A DNA stretch of 64,000 nt from Lytechinus pictus. Lineage: Eukaryota. Position numbers and translations under genes: made by a program. Every line of letters begins with the position of its first letter. Within the stretch, counting starts at the first letter, position 1. Shown here one piece after another: positions 11,615 to 25,041 of the stretch. The notes beneath the pieces are model-generated. The model was not told the origin of the DNA. It did not search any database and saw nothing but the letters and a program-made list of their open reading frames with translations. Where the stretch lies: positions 3,784,001 through 3,848,000 of the forward strand of contig NC_087251.1 in assembly GCF_037042905.1 (NCBI RefSeq), read 5' to 3'.

Positions 11615-12731
11615 AACAAGTGGAACGCCTCTGGCAGTCCCGCCTGCATTACGCAATGCGATATAGCAGCAGTGCTTCCTTTGAAAATAGCTAATGAATA
11701 TTAGTATATTAGATTTGTCATTTTGCCTCCGACGAAGATTCTGCTAGGATCAATAGCTTAGGCCCCTTTTGACTTTCTAATGAATATTATTCACAGAAGA
11801 AAACACTAATATGATGCCCATTGACCCAAAATGATCTTTGACCATGATCATGTGACCTAAGACGTGCAAAACAATCATTCATAGTTGATTATCCTTATGT
11901 CGATGTTTCATGAGCTAGATCCATAAACTTCCTTAGTTATGCCAATTCAACACATACTCCCAACACGGCTAGAGTTCATTGACCTTTAAATGACCTTTGA
12001 TCTTGGCCATGTTCCTGAAATGCATAGAGGGTATTCAGGGATAGACTGCTGCTCTTATGTCCACGTTTCATGAACTAGATCCATAGACTTTCAAAGTTAT
12101 GATGACAATTCCACAAATAACCCCAGCATTACCAAAGTTTGTTGACCCTAAATTACCTTTGACCTTGGTCATGTGACTGGAAACTCACACAGGATGTTCA
12201 AGGATACTTGATTGCTCTTATGTCCACGTTTCATGAACTAGATCCATAAAATGTCAAAGTTATGACAATTCCTCAAATAACCCTAACATGGCCAAAGTTC
12301 GTTGACCCTAAGTGACCTTTGACCTTAACCATGTGACCTGAAACTCAGGCAGGATCTTTAGTGGTACATTATTACCCTTATGTCTACGTTTTATGAACTA
12401 GGTCCATATACTTTTGAAGTTATGACAACATTTCAAAAAACTTAACCTTGGTTAATATTTCGATATTGATTTCCCCAACATGGTCTAAGATCATTGACCC
12501 TAAATGACCTTTGACCTTGGTCATGTGACCTGAAACTCAGACAAGATGTTCAGTAATACTTGATTACCATTATGTCCAAGTTTTATGAACTAGGTCTATA
12601 TACTTTCTGAGTTATGATAACATTTCAAAATTTAACCTTGGTTAAGATTTCAATGTTTACGATGCCGCCACCGCCGTCGGAAAAGCGGCGCCTATAGGCT
12701 ATAGTCTCGCTCTGGTATGCAGGCGAGACAA
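11615..12731 (-). mobile_element. DINE-1/HINE-like element, diverged copy 2, in COX16 intron 1
   Basis: Same termini and TGACCTTTGACC repeats as 3697-4666. Confidence 0.75.
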
Positions 12732-13886
12732 TAATTATGTTCCTGTAACTAAGTATTACGTCAATTACATTCTGACCTCACACACGCACATCCCCTCATC
12801 CTATGCCATGGCAATGTACAATAATCTTGTCTTCATTTAACAACCTCTATGACTGTGCTGAATGTCTGGTGATTAAACAAGAATCTCAAGCCTTGAATTA
12901 AATAAATCAAATAAATGTAAGATTCTAACCTAGACAAGAGTAAACTGTAGTAACGTAGCTGTCAAAACTCAATGGAGAACAGCTGGACTATGAATTGGAA
13001 TTAGATCTAACGTTAGATGGTATTTGTTGTTCATTTTGTTACAAATCTATTTTGAATACCTTTTTGAGCGCGAGTTGTATTATTGGAAAGACTTCCCTAT
13101 GTCCCCTCCACTAATTAAAAAAAATGTTTCTCCAAAACCCCTTCTTTCATTCTCTTTTTCTTCTTTATTTCTTCTCAATACTTCTGGTTGGAACTTGGAT
13201 TTGAACCTCTCGCTGCAGAACGAGGCATCTCCAGTCTGTCACTTTAGCCTTAGGGCCTACTCACCGAGCTAGCACTGTAGCAGGAATTGTTGAAAGCCAT
13301 GGGTTTCATAACAGTTATCGTCGTTTTCTTGGGTCTTAGGTTAAGGTGCGTACCATTCAGATATGAATATTTACGCCTATGATTAAATTTACACCTATAA
13401 TGAATATTTATGCCTAAACGTCTACTCTCCAAGAGTATTGGGTATTCATTTTTCTGACTAAATAAACCAATGCCATTGGGAGTTACAAACATCGAGATTT
13501 TGACAGAATTTAAACTTCATATTTTTTAAATCCAATTTTCCTTCCTTAATCTCTTCTAATTAGATAATTTTTGATAAACCTCCTGTTTTCCATACTTTTT
13601 TTCAATTTCAGTGTAGGGGACACAAGTCTTGCCGTAATGGAACATACTCAACATAGACAGTGTGGTGAATTGCAGACAATCGACAAGACTCGGCTCCGAT
13701 AGATAAGCGAATTAAATATATAGTGGATACCGGTACGTCAATATGATAGTACGGGACTGAACATTAAATTGCTAAATTAAAGTCTTTCACAAACGTCTTT
13801 ATCTTTAAATAAAACTGTCAAAACGAACACCATTAATGCAATGAATATTGTGTGTCTTAAAAACTTATGGAACTTAAAAATCATAC

Positions 13887-13958
13887 CAACATAGGAAGTC
13901 CGTAACGAAGAAAAGAATTCTTCTTTATTGCTTGAAGAAGTTTCATGGGCGCTGACAT
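13887..13958 (-). CDS. COX16: COX16 exon 1 (start codon); full protein 118 aa
   Basis: MSAPMKLLQAIKKNSFLRYGLPML followed by a GTATGA donor (compare KNKTLGYGVPML). Confidence 0.92.
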
Positions 13959-14084
13959 ATTGATTTAGCTTGCTCGGTAGTCTTCTGCATGCATGAAGAC
14001 CGTACCCCGTACCGTTTACACACAGACTGTAGCCTAGTCTTACGTCTAAGTCCTTTTTTGAAACTTGCAGACTACACCCCTCCC

Positions 14085-15884
14085 CATAGGCGGATCCAGG
14101 GGGGCCGAGGGCCCGCCCCCTCCCCTATTAGCGGAGCAAAAAAAGGAAAGAAAGGGGGAAAAAAGGAGGAGAAAAAAGAGGAGAAAAAAGAAGAGGAGGA
14201 AGACGAGTCAATAAAATAGGATGAGGGGAATTAAGACTTGGAAAATAAAAAGAATCTTTCATGTCACTATATTAAATTTTTAGCTGGCGCTTCGCGCGCA
14301 TTGCCTGTTAGGTGGTCTTCATATCTTGTTCAATATGGAGCTTAAATATCAAGTTTGGAAGTCAATGTATGAAATATATTTCACCTCGGAAATCGATCTT
14401 TCATTATTTTGTGTGATTTACAAATTGATTTTTAAAAAGTGTTCTGTAAAAATGTCAGTTTTATGGTATGAATATCAACATTTTCTGCTCTCGCTGCGCG
14501 CTAGCAAATTTTGATTTATCAGGAACCTATTATTTTTGTGTATTCCATAATTTTTTCAAAATACCCCTTTTCAGGTCTGATTGTTAACAAAGTATCAGCT
14601 AGCGCTGCACGCTCGCATTTTGACTGGCTTTTAAGTCTAAATCTCGAAAAATTTTCCGCTCGCATAAATTGTTTAGTTATAAAGCTATCCTTGAAATGTC
14701 CAGTTTTCAGGCTATGATATCATCAGATTTCGCGCCCTCGATCATTAGGCATTAATGAATAAGATATTAATTTTAAAACAAAATTGTTCTCATTGTCATC
14801 ATTTTCATATGATGACATGTCCTAAGGATGTCCCGGTCCTATGTCAAAACTCATGCAGAGTAATGATAATGAAAAATATCAGCTCTTTATTAAATGCGAT
14901 CCATATCCACCTCACAATTTTCCTACAAAGTGCTGGAAATATATAGAGCAAAGTTGACTTTTTTTTCAGATCGGCCATATCAAATAGTTTAAGCTCGCGC
15001 TCGCTTTGATTTTCATGATAAAATGTGTATTTAGAATGCATAGATTCTAGGTCTAAATATGAAACATGCGCACGCATGTTTATTCAGATACTCAACTTGT
15101 TCTCTATTTAATTCATTATCCAGTTTCAGATCACAATATCAAAATTTTTCTGCTCGCGCTTTGTGCTCGCATTATTGAGGTAGGAAGATCCCTTATTGCT
15201 CAGTCTTTTTAATGATTTACAAAACATGAATAGAGTGTCCCATTTTTAGGGATTTTTTTCCGCTCGGGCTTCGCGCTCGCATAAATTGTTTAGTTAGATA
15301 GCTATCCTGCTCACGGTTACAAAAATTGATTGAAATTTTCCATTCTCTGTGTAAAAATGTCAAAATGTTTCAGCTCGCGCTTCGCGCTCGCATTATTTGA
15401 TTGTTGGCAAATTGCAAGCAGTCCTTAACAGGTACCTTTTCGATCAGTTCAAATTAAACGTATATAAAAATTTTCTGCTCGCACTTTGCGCTCGCATTAT
15501 TAATGTAAGGAAGATCCCCAATTACTTATCCTATTCATTATTTAAAAAAACATGAATAGAGTGTTTTGTTCAGTGCTTCGCGCTCGCATCAATTGTTTAG
15601 TTAATTCTGTTAAAGTTACAAAAGTGCTTATAGAATTTCTATTCTTTAGGTAAAAGTGTCAAAAAAAATTCAGCTCGCGCTTTGCGCTCGCATTATATAT
15701 ATATAAGGATTATCATATTATGTAATTATGTATTTATGTTGATTTATAAGAATAAATCTAAGAAGTAAATATTAGGACTACCCCTTCAAAGAAACCAAAA
15801 ATCATCTTCGAGCGGCCGATTGGCGAAAATATGGCTGAAGAAAAATTCCGGGCCCCCTTTTGGCGAAGGCTGGATCCACCCCTG
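14085..15884. mobile_element. 6-bp-TSD TIR element, same family as 561-2639, opposite orientation
   Basis: CATAGGCGGATCCAG ... CTGGATCCACCCCTG; CCTCCC at 14079-14084 and 15885-15890. Confidence 0.8.
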
Positions 15885-16299
15885 CCTCCCCCTGTAATAT
15901 AAAATCTATAAAGTACCATTTTCCCAGAAAACTAAACAAGATCTTTAAGATCAATATCATCCCAATATCAAGTTTATTTAAATAGAGGAAAATCCCAAAT
16001 CAATAGAAGTTAAAAATCCGATGCAATTAAGAAAATTATGACATTTCAGAGCTTCACTTATTTTCACTAAACAGTGGAACATCCTGATCAGTAAGCAAAT
16101 GACACAATGAATAATGTCACATAATCACTAATTCTTTGGGGTTTTTAATCTAGAAGATCTGATGAATGTCTTGATTTATTCACATACCGGAATGACAATG
16201 TCACATTTTTACTTACGTTATGTTTTTCATTATAAAGAATGAAATTTAGAATTATTTCTTATTGTGAATAATTTAAAATACACAATAAATAGTGAGTGG

Positions 16300-16367
16300 C
16301 ACTAGCGTACCTACGGGGGGGGGGGGGCAGGGGGGGCACTCTGCCCCCCCTGACGAGATTTTGAAGA

Positions 16368-16406
<39 letters not shown>

Positions 16407-16452
16407 TGTCAAATTTTTTCTGGTACGAAAATCTTTATTTTGTATTGATGAC

Positions 16453-16487
<35 letters not shown>

Positions 16488-16547
16488 TGTCAAATTTTTG
16501 GGCGGCCAATTTTGCCCCCCCTGTGAAAAATCCTAGGTACGCCACTG
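16300..16547. mobile_element. hAT-like MITE with poly-T tracts
   Basis: TIRs CACTAGCGTACCTA / TAGGTACGCCACTG; 8-bp TSD GTGAGTGG. Confidence 0.85.
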
Positions 16548-16609
16548 GTGAGTGGATTATGTCATCGATTTATTTATCGCCTGCATTGTGCATCTAATTT
16601 TATTTATTA

Positions 16610-17222
16610 AGGTCAAGTCCACCCCAGAGAAATGTTGATTTGAATAAAAGAGAGAAAAATCAAACTAGCATAACGCTAAAAATCTCATTAAAATCTGATG
16701 TAAAATAGGAAAGTTATGACATTTCAAAGTTTCGCTTATTTTTCACAAAACAGTGATACGCACAATTCAGTAACATGCAAATGAGACAGTCGATGATGTC
16801 CTTCACTCAATATTTCTTTTTTTTTTTTATAGTTTGAATTACTAGCTAGTATACAATATTTCATCTTTTACATATTTGACAATAAGGACCAACTTGACTG
16901 AACCAAATAATGCTAAATAATGCTAATTCCACGGGTTCAGGGAGAATTAATCGTTGTTTCATATGACAATGAGAAGAAAATTAGAAGATTCCATATTTCA
17001 TCTCATAAAATACAAAGAAAAAGTGAGTGGATGATGTCATCAGTCTCCTCATTTGCATACCGACCAGGGTGTGCATATAACTGTTTTTTGAAATCAAGCA
17101 AAACTTTAAAATGTCATAACTTTCTTATTTTACAACTGATTTTGATGAAATTTTCAGTGTTATGCTTTGTTGGATTTTCTCTTTTTATTCGAATCAACTT
17201 TTTGTTGGGGTGGACTTATCTT
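16610..17222. mobile_element. Kolobok-like non-autonomous element
   Basis: AGGTCAAGTCCACCCC ... GGGGTGGACTTATCTT with TTAA-type flanks; aligns with 29656-30266. Confidence 0.75.
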
Positions 17223-18581
17223 TTAAACTAAGTCAAATTTAACAAATAACTTTTTTATGTTTTATCATCGGATTTTCATAGCATAAAAAAAAACAATAAT
17301 CGTACAACAATGCCCTGGAAGAAAAATAATCAAATTAAAGCAGATCACTATAATCACAAGTAAATAAAACAACAACAGATTCTGGGGGGTTCTGCCATTG
17401 GACAGCATCCGCGCGAATACTAACGTAGACACAAAGGGGGTGTTTTCACGAGTAGGCGCGAAACGCGAATAGAGTTTTAAAAAATGCCAGAAATGAGAAA
17501 ATCACAATGGACTAACTTGAATAGATCATGCAATTGGCAAATCTGGGACTTTCTGCACAATAAATTCCGCGTATAGAGGGTCCCATCGGCCTGTTCTCGA
17601 TTTAATATTGAGGCTGCTTTCTTAGGACGATTCTCGAGCGGATGCTGTCTACCCCCACCCCCTCCAGGGTGAACCTGATACAAAAACTGAAAGATAACTG
17701 GTGGTTTTGATTGAATATTAATGTATAACAGTTACAGTATATTCTCAACAGGGGACCACTCTCTGTCATGTATAAGTATTTTCTTTTTGCATATGTTCAG
17801 CAAAACCAATTCAGTACGTCTGATATTGATATTTTACATCAAATTTCTATGATTTTTTCAGCACTCTTCTTGTCTGAACTTTCTATTCTTATTTAATTCC
17901 ACTTGTTGCTGGGGTGTAGGGCTAGTATATAGGACAAAGTGGAATTTATTTTAGGGACCTAATCGCACATCAGAATACTCATGACTATGTTAGCCATATA
18001 GATTTAAAAAAAAATTATCAAATCTCCATTTAAACATGTTCTTCTCTTTTTTTCTGCTTTAATAGAAGCAAATCAAAGTCAGGACGGACTTCCACTTCAA
18101 AAGTGAGGATGGTATAGGCCTATCGGTATCCCGGGGGCCAGTTAAATATATTGCTGTACGTGTACACGCGTGACAAAAAAAACGCGTTTAGGGGGTGTTT
18201 TGTCAGTTTTGGATGCGGGCCGCGCGTGCACTCGTTAAGGGTATAAAAAACACAAATTTTCAAAAATGAGGGTGGTTTTGAAAAACTGGTCAATGGCTAA
18301 TCGCGGGGACAAATGTATTTAGGGTATGGTTTTTTTTCCAATGCTTTTTTTTTTCTCAGACTAGCCAAACGTGTTTAGGGTACGTTTTTCCCCCAAACTT
18401 TTTCCTCCTCGTTTCTGAAGTGTTCAGGTTCTTCCTGATTGTGGTATTTTAACCATAAAACTGCACTGGGGGGTATGCAATACCCATGAATATAGTGTCG
18501 TCTATATTTAAATATATTGTTAGCAAGAAGACCAAACTTGTTTAGGGTCATATTCTGGCGACAACTTGTTTAGGGGCCAAA

Positions 18582-21136
18582 CAGTGGCGTACCAGGCGGG
18601 GGGGCAAGTTGCCCTCCCCTGGCGGATTTCACCGGGAAAATAAAACAAGTGGAATGCCTCTGGCCGTCTCACCTGCATCACGCGATTCAATATAGCAGCA
18701 GTGCTGATTTTGAAAACTACTATAACTCGCACAAGATGTTCAGTGATACTTGGTTACTCTTATTTCCACGTTTTATGAACTAGACCAATACACTTATAGA
18801 GATATGATGGCAATTCAACAAATACCCCCAACGTACGTGGCCAAAGTTCTTTGACCTTACATGACCTTTGACCTTGATCATGTGACCTGAAACTCGCACA
18901 GGATGTTCAGTGAAACTTGATTACTATTATGTCCAAGTTTTATGAACTAGACCAACACACTTTCAAATTTATGGCTGTAATTCAACAAATACCCCAATTT
19001 GGCCAAAGTTCATTGACCCTAAATGACCTTTGACCTTGATCATGTGACCTGAAACTTGCACAGGATGTTCAGTAATACTTGATTACTATTATGTCCAAGT
19101 TTCATGAATCAGATCCATAACCTTTCAAAGTTATGATGGTAATTCAACAGATACCCCCAATTCGGCCAAAGTTCATTGACCCTAAATGACCTTTGACCTT
19201 GGTCATGTGATGTGAAACTCATGCAGGATGTTCAGTGATACTTGATTAACCTTATGTATAAGTTTCATGAACTAGGTCCATATATTTTCTAAGTTATGAT
19301 GACATTTCAAAAACTTAACCTTAGGTTACGATTTTGATGTTGATTCCCCCAACATGGTCTAAGTTCATTGACCCTAAATGACCTTTGACCTTGGTCATGT
19401 GACATGAAACTCAGGCAGGATGTTCAGTAATACTTGATTAACCTTATGGCCAAGTTTCATGAACTAGGTCCATATACTTTCTAAGTTATGCTGTCATTTC
19501 AAAAACTTAACCTCAGGTTAAGATTTGGTGTTGACGCCGCCGCCGCCGCCGCCGTCGGAAAAGCGGCGCCTATAGTCTCACTCTGCTATGCAGGTGAGAC
19601 AAAAAACGGGGAAAAAATAAAAGGGAGGGAGAAAGAAAGGGAAAGGAAAAGGGAAAAGGAAAGGAGGAAAAGGAAAGGGAAAAGGGAAAAGGATAGGGAA
19701 AAGGGAAAAGAAAACGAAGCAGATAATATATTTTTAATGGAAAAGGAAGGAAAGCGGGAAAATGAACGAAAGAACATTTGAGAAAAAACAAATCATTCCG
19801 AAATAGGCCTATGTAATGCAATAGCATGATGGGAAATAAATTAAAAGATGACAAAGAGGCAAACAATAACGGGAATTAAATGAAGGTAGAATGTAATATA
19901 GTCAAAAGCTAAATTGGAAAACAAAGAAAAGGGACAAGAAAAAAACTTAATAACATGACCAGGCTGCCGAGGATAGAAAATAAAGAGCGGGAAGAAAGAT
20001 GGACTGCATACAACATTGTGCTATTATAAGCTTGCTAAATTCAGTATGCAAATAAGCTACCGGGGCTTTGCCCCAGACCCCTCGCAGTAGGGGCTCTTCA
20101 TCTATAACCTCCAAATGGCTCTATAACGCCCCCCTATAGGGACCCTTCATACATTAAGCGTTACGTTCAATCAGTGGCGTACAGTCGGGGGGGGGGGGTC
20201 TTCGTTCCACACCCAAGAGGAAATAAAAGAAATTATATAGGAGACAACGTATAATGAAATGAATGGAAACAATGAAATGTGTTATTTGCTGAATATAATG
20301 GATATCTATCACATAATTAAAATTTTATTTCAATAGGCATTTTTCCAGCTCGCTTCGCTCTTTGGCGACTTTTTACGAATTTTCCCACATTGCTGTTTTG
20401 CCCCCTCAAAATATTTGGTTCAACTGGATTTAATAAATGTGTTGTGTAAAAGCTATATTCTGTATATACCCGCGATTTGATTAAAAATAGCGGCAATCTG
20501 CGAGGTTTAAATGGCTTTGATATCAAGAAGTTCCGGGGGGTCCAGACGGACCCCAACCGCAAAGCACTGCCGTATATTATTATGGAAGGGTTGGGCCATG
20601 GTCCCCAAAAGTTCTACAACCAAGAAAAAAAGGAGGAAAGAAAAGCAAAGGAAAAGTGGAAGATATGATTTTATTTACTGAATACAATGTCAAAAAATAT
20701 CTCAAAGTTAAATTCTCATGAAAATGTGATTTTCATTCTCGCTCGCTTTGCTCGCTCGGGACTTATATTAAGCAGCTTTTTAGCACTTGCGCCATACTGC
20801 GCCTCTCGTTTTTTACTCTTCACGCTACTGTTGCAAAGAATCATGTTCAGAGTGGCATACAGACCACTAAAAAGGAATGGAAAGAGAGAAGAGTGAAATA
20901 TATTATTCTCTGGATATCATATGTCAAAATCTATCACAAAATTTGATTTTTGTATTAAATATGTCAAAAATTTTGCTCGCTCGCAACTTTTTTTAAAGAT
21001 AAATTCTGCCTGATACGCAATGTCTGGCCCTCTCAAAATCGTCGCCTCATTACACCATTACGCCTGTTCATACCATGATATGACCGGGAATTTTGGGCTC
21101 TTGCCCCCCTGGCCACCGACCCCTGTTACGCCGCTG
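18582..21136. mobile_element. hAT-like element nested in the CCCGGG element
   Basis: CAGTGGCGTA ... TACGCCGCTG; TSD GGGCCAAA / GGGTCAAA (1 mismatch). Confidence 0.75.
18644..19602 (-). mobile_element. DINE-1/HINE-like element, copy 3
   Basis: Nearly identical to 3697-4666; inserted in an A-run. Confidence 0.8.
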
Positions 21137-21483
21137 GGGTCAAAATGTGTTAATGAAACTCGCAAAAAATTTGTTTAGAGGGTTGTTTTGCACACAGAGA
21201 AAAAATCGTTTAGGGGGTGTTTGGAAATAATTTGGCCACGCTTGTGTACAGTAATACATTTGACCCCTCCCCCCCCTCCCCGGATCGGTATATATGATGG
21301 AACTTGTGTTATTGATCGAGCGAGGCATACAAAAGTTTTGAAAGAAGGTTCATATCAATTTTTGTTTTTGTTTTGTTGTTGATAGATTAAGAAAGGTACT
21401 GCAATAAGTAGAGTTGGATCACATGTGGTTCATCCAGGGGGGGGGGTATTCCTTCTTATTTGGACCATTCCAAGAAAAAGAAA

Positions 21484-22228
21484 ATCATGTTGCAATATTT
21501 TTATGAGAAACTAAATTGTTAACCCTACCGTGTGAACATAAAATTGGGTATAAAAGAAATCTACCTGTCTTCAATTTTTTTTTCCAATTTTTTTTAAAAA
21601 CAACTATTATGGATCTAACCCCTTTTGCAAGCAAACTGAAATGGATCCAATCCCTTTTGAATGAAAACGTGATTTTTCTTTGCCACTTTTATTCACGTTT
21701 TAATGGGAATTTCACATTTTCTTTGGTATCATCAGAGCGACTAAAAATCTATAGGTTTTTAGAACAAAAAGCAATAAAATTTTATGAAAAATGGATCTAA
21801 CCCCTTTTGACAAGTGAGCTCTTCAAAGAGTTTGATTGCAAAAGGGGTATTAGATCCACTCCAAGAAAATCTTTTTTTTTATTCTCCCATATTGCAATAT
21901 TTTTATGCGAAACTAAATATTCATGATACCCTACCATGTGAACATAAAATTGGATATAAAAAAATCTACCTATCTTCATACTTTTTTTTTAACATTCTTT
22001 TCCAAAAATTTCCTTTGTGGATCTAACCCCTTTTGCAAGCAAACTGAAATGGATCTAACCCCTTTTGAAAAAAGGGGATTTTTCTTTGTCATTTTTGTTC
22101 GCTTTTTAATGGGAAATTCAACTTTTCTTATCATCTTATGGAGCTACTAAAAGTCTATACATTGAGACCAAAAAAAAATCATTTTAAGTTGATGAAAAAT
22201 GGATCTAACCCCTTTTGCAACTGAGCTC
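21484..22228. repeat. Two ~400-bp diverged direct repeats with recurring ATGGATCTAACCCCTTTT motif
   Basis: Motif near 21608, 21791, 22017, 22049, 22199; one inverted copy near 21840-21858. Confidence 0.65.
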
Positions 22229-24173
22229 ATTTGTAGACCTACCGAAATCCGTTTGGAAAAATATGCACATTCATCACAGATGGTGATTTTCTTTAATTTA
22301 AACACACAGCTACTTCAGGCAGAAAGTAATCTGAGTGATGGTAAAAATATTTACTTGCACAGTCTGCCCCTTTTGACTTATAAGTATTTTTTTTTTTTGG
22401 GGGGGGGGCTTAGCCACCACCCTCAACCACCACAATGAAAATATGTTCTGCCACCAATAGTTTCATCTTGTTTCCTTGTGAAATACCACAGGCATTACAA
22501 AAAGTTGATGAGATCGTCATAGGTGCAATTAAGAAAAAAGAAAGGAGATCTTTGGAAGAATGGAAAGGAGGTGGAAGGGGAACAGATGATAACGAAGAAA
22601 GGAATTTTCAAAAGTTTTTAAAGAAAGAAAGGGTTAGAGGGCAATTTGAATGTATATTCTTGGACTTTAAGAAACCAATTAATAAGTTATAGATGTTCTT
22701 TGCTCAAGACAAAGTTGTCTTTTCTTACAAATTTGTAGTGGAATATACTAACTTGGATGCAGGGAACAAAATGTGCATCTTGCACATTTTTTTTATAGCA
22801 CCATCTATTGATAATAAGACAGAAAAATACTACATTATGATTACAATCATTGTAAAAAAAAAAAGAAGTATTATGGCAACAAGAAATACACAATAATGTC
22901 AAATTCAAAACAGATCTTAATATACGTTGGGATAAGATTTCTTATTATTATTATAACAAATTCAGTATACAAATCAAGTCTCTATCATATATGGATACAT
23001 GAATATACAAAAATGTAACACATTCAGCACCTTCAAACAGAATTTGTCCAATTATCATTTCATAAACCTCTGGAATAATGATCTTAATTATGTAAAAAGA
23101 AGCTCTTAATTCTGATTCACTTCATAAGCAATTGTGCTCTTACTTTATAAGTTGTTTGGACCTTCTGGATTTATAAAATAATTACATCATCCAGGCTGCA
23201 TGCTAAGATACATTGTGCATTAAATGTGGAGTTGTCAAAGGATAATGAAAAAGACTTGCATATTATTTGAAATGGAAATAAAATTTCAGCATTAAAGTGA
23301 GATTAGAAAATACAATCATGGAAACATTTTTTTAAAATACTGTATTAGAAATACCATTGTCTATCAATCACTTGATATAAATCTGCATTTTAACAATCAA
23401 GTTTGAGTTTCATGACCAGAGTAAGTTTTTGATTTAACATTTTGAATAAAGGTGGCAAGATTAACACTTTACATCCAAGTACATGTACATGTAGTACAAT
23501 CATTTCGATCCAAATGCTTGGGGTTTTATACTACCATATTGTTACTGGCAAGTTGTAATTCAAATTCCATCTTCTCAAACTATCATATCTACATGTACAT
23601 TAAACTAAAGAGAGAAATGGTTAAGTGAAAGTGAAAGTAGTATATCAAATTAATAAGTAAGTGGACTGCTTGAAACTCCTACTGATACATACAGTGTATC
23701 AAATGAAACTCAACTGGGGTGATTCCATGCTGGGCTGTACAGGACATTTTTTAAACAACATTTTACATCTCTTCGACATGAAAATCAAAAAATATTTTCG
23801 TGATAGACCGGTAATCTTCAAATAGTACCAGGAGGGGAACAAGAACCAACACTGATCTTGACTGGATTACTTAGTCTTTACAATAGATGGGACACAAAAA
23901 TAAAATTTAAAAAAGAAAAACAACAAAAGCATGGAATCGCGCACTGATTATTTCCTCATGCTATTTAATTATTTGCATGTAATACGGTATATGAATATTA
24001 AGTACATACCAGTATACAGTAATTTGCTTGAGGGTGATAATGTTTGTGCATGGTTGGCTTCATACCAGGGCCTAACAATTATTTGACTCTTTAGTGAGAC
24101 AAATATAAATAATTTTATACATGCATTTTCGGAAGTATCATATTCTTGGACTACCAGGTTTGCATTCTGACCA

Positions 24174-24330
24174 GGGGCCTGTTTAATAAAGAGTTACAAC
24201 TGTTGTATCTTCGCCATTATGGTAACTACCAGGGCAACAGGGCTCAGCAGCAAATCAAAATCAAAGTAACCATGGTAGTTGCCATAATGGCAAAGTAACA
24301 ACAGTTGTAACTCTTTATGAAACGGGCCCC
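24174..24330. mobile_element. Palindromic GGGGCC-ended MITE
   Basis: Arms GGGGCCTGTTTAATAAAGAGTTACAACTGTTGT / ACAACAGTTGTAACTCTTTATGAAACGGGCCCC. Confidence 0.75.
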
Positions 24331-24436
24331 AAATTGCCAATTACATGTATGTTTAAAAGCAAAGTTGACTTTCCCTTCAGTATACAATGAAATTACACAC
24401 AAACATAATGATTGTTTTTTTTTAATTCTAAGTTAA

Positions 24437-25041
24437 AGGGATGGTCCGGGCTGAAAATTTTTATATCTGAATAAATAGAGTAAAATTCACAGAGCAAAAT
24501 GCTGAAAATTTCATCTAAATCGGATAACAAATAACGAAGTTATTGAATTTTAAAGTTTATCAATATGTTGTGAAAACATTTATATGCACATCGTCATGAA
24601 TATTCATTTGGTGGACTGATGATGTCACATCTCCACTTTCCTTTTTTCTTATGTTATTACATGAAATCATAAATGTTTCATTTTTTCATACATGTGTAAA
24701 TGATGTGTCTCCATTATGATGAAATAAGTTGCGGCAATAAATAACTGATGCACTTAATCAGTTGTAAATTCAAATGTTTTAATTCTTGGTAGAAAAATTG
24801 TGAATAAACCTGATTTCACATAATAAAATACAAAAGAACAAGTGGGGATACGACATCATCAGCCCACCTAATGAATATTCATAAGGACATGCCTAGAACT
24901 GTTTCACTGGAATAATGCAAATCTTTAAAATTGAATAACTTTGTTATTTGTTATCCGATTTTGATCAAATTTTCAGCGTTTTGCTTTGAGAAATTTACTC
25001 TTTTCATTGAGATATGATTATCTCTAGCCTGGACCATCCCT
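24437..25041. mobile_element. Kolobok-like non-autonomous element
   Basis: TTAA-AGGGATGGTCC ... GGACCATCCCT-TTAA. Confidence 0.85.

Larger units (their letters stand above)
18130..21283. mobile_element. CCCGGG-ended non-autonomous TIR element hosting two nested elements
   Basis: CCCGGGGG ... CCCCGG; ATCGGTAT at 18122-18129 and 21284-21291. Confidence 0.75.

Noticed and set aside
13024..13600. Extra coding exon or LINE fragment in COX16 intron 1
   Set aside because: No recognisable motif, and COX16 is complete without it.
19488..19866. Lys/Arg/Glu-rich or Phe-rich ORFs here and at 2504, 13989, 16292 and 51707
   Set aside because: These are translations of purine or poly-T tracts inside MITEs.
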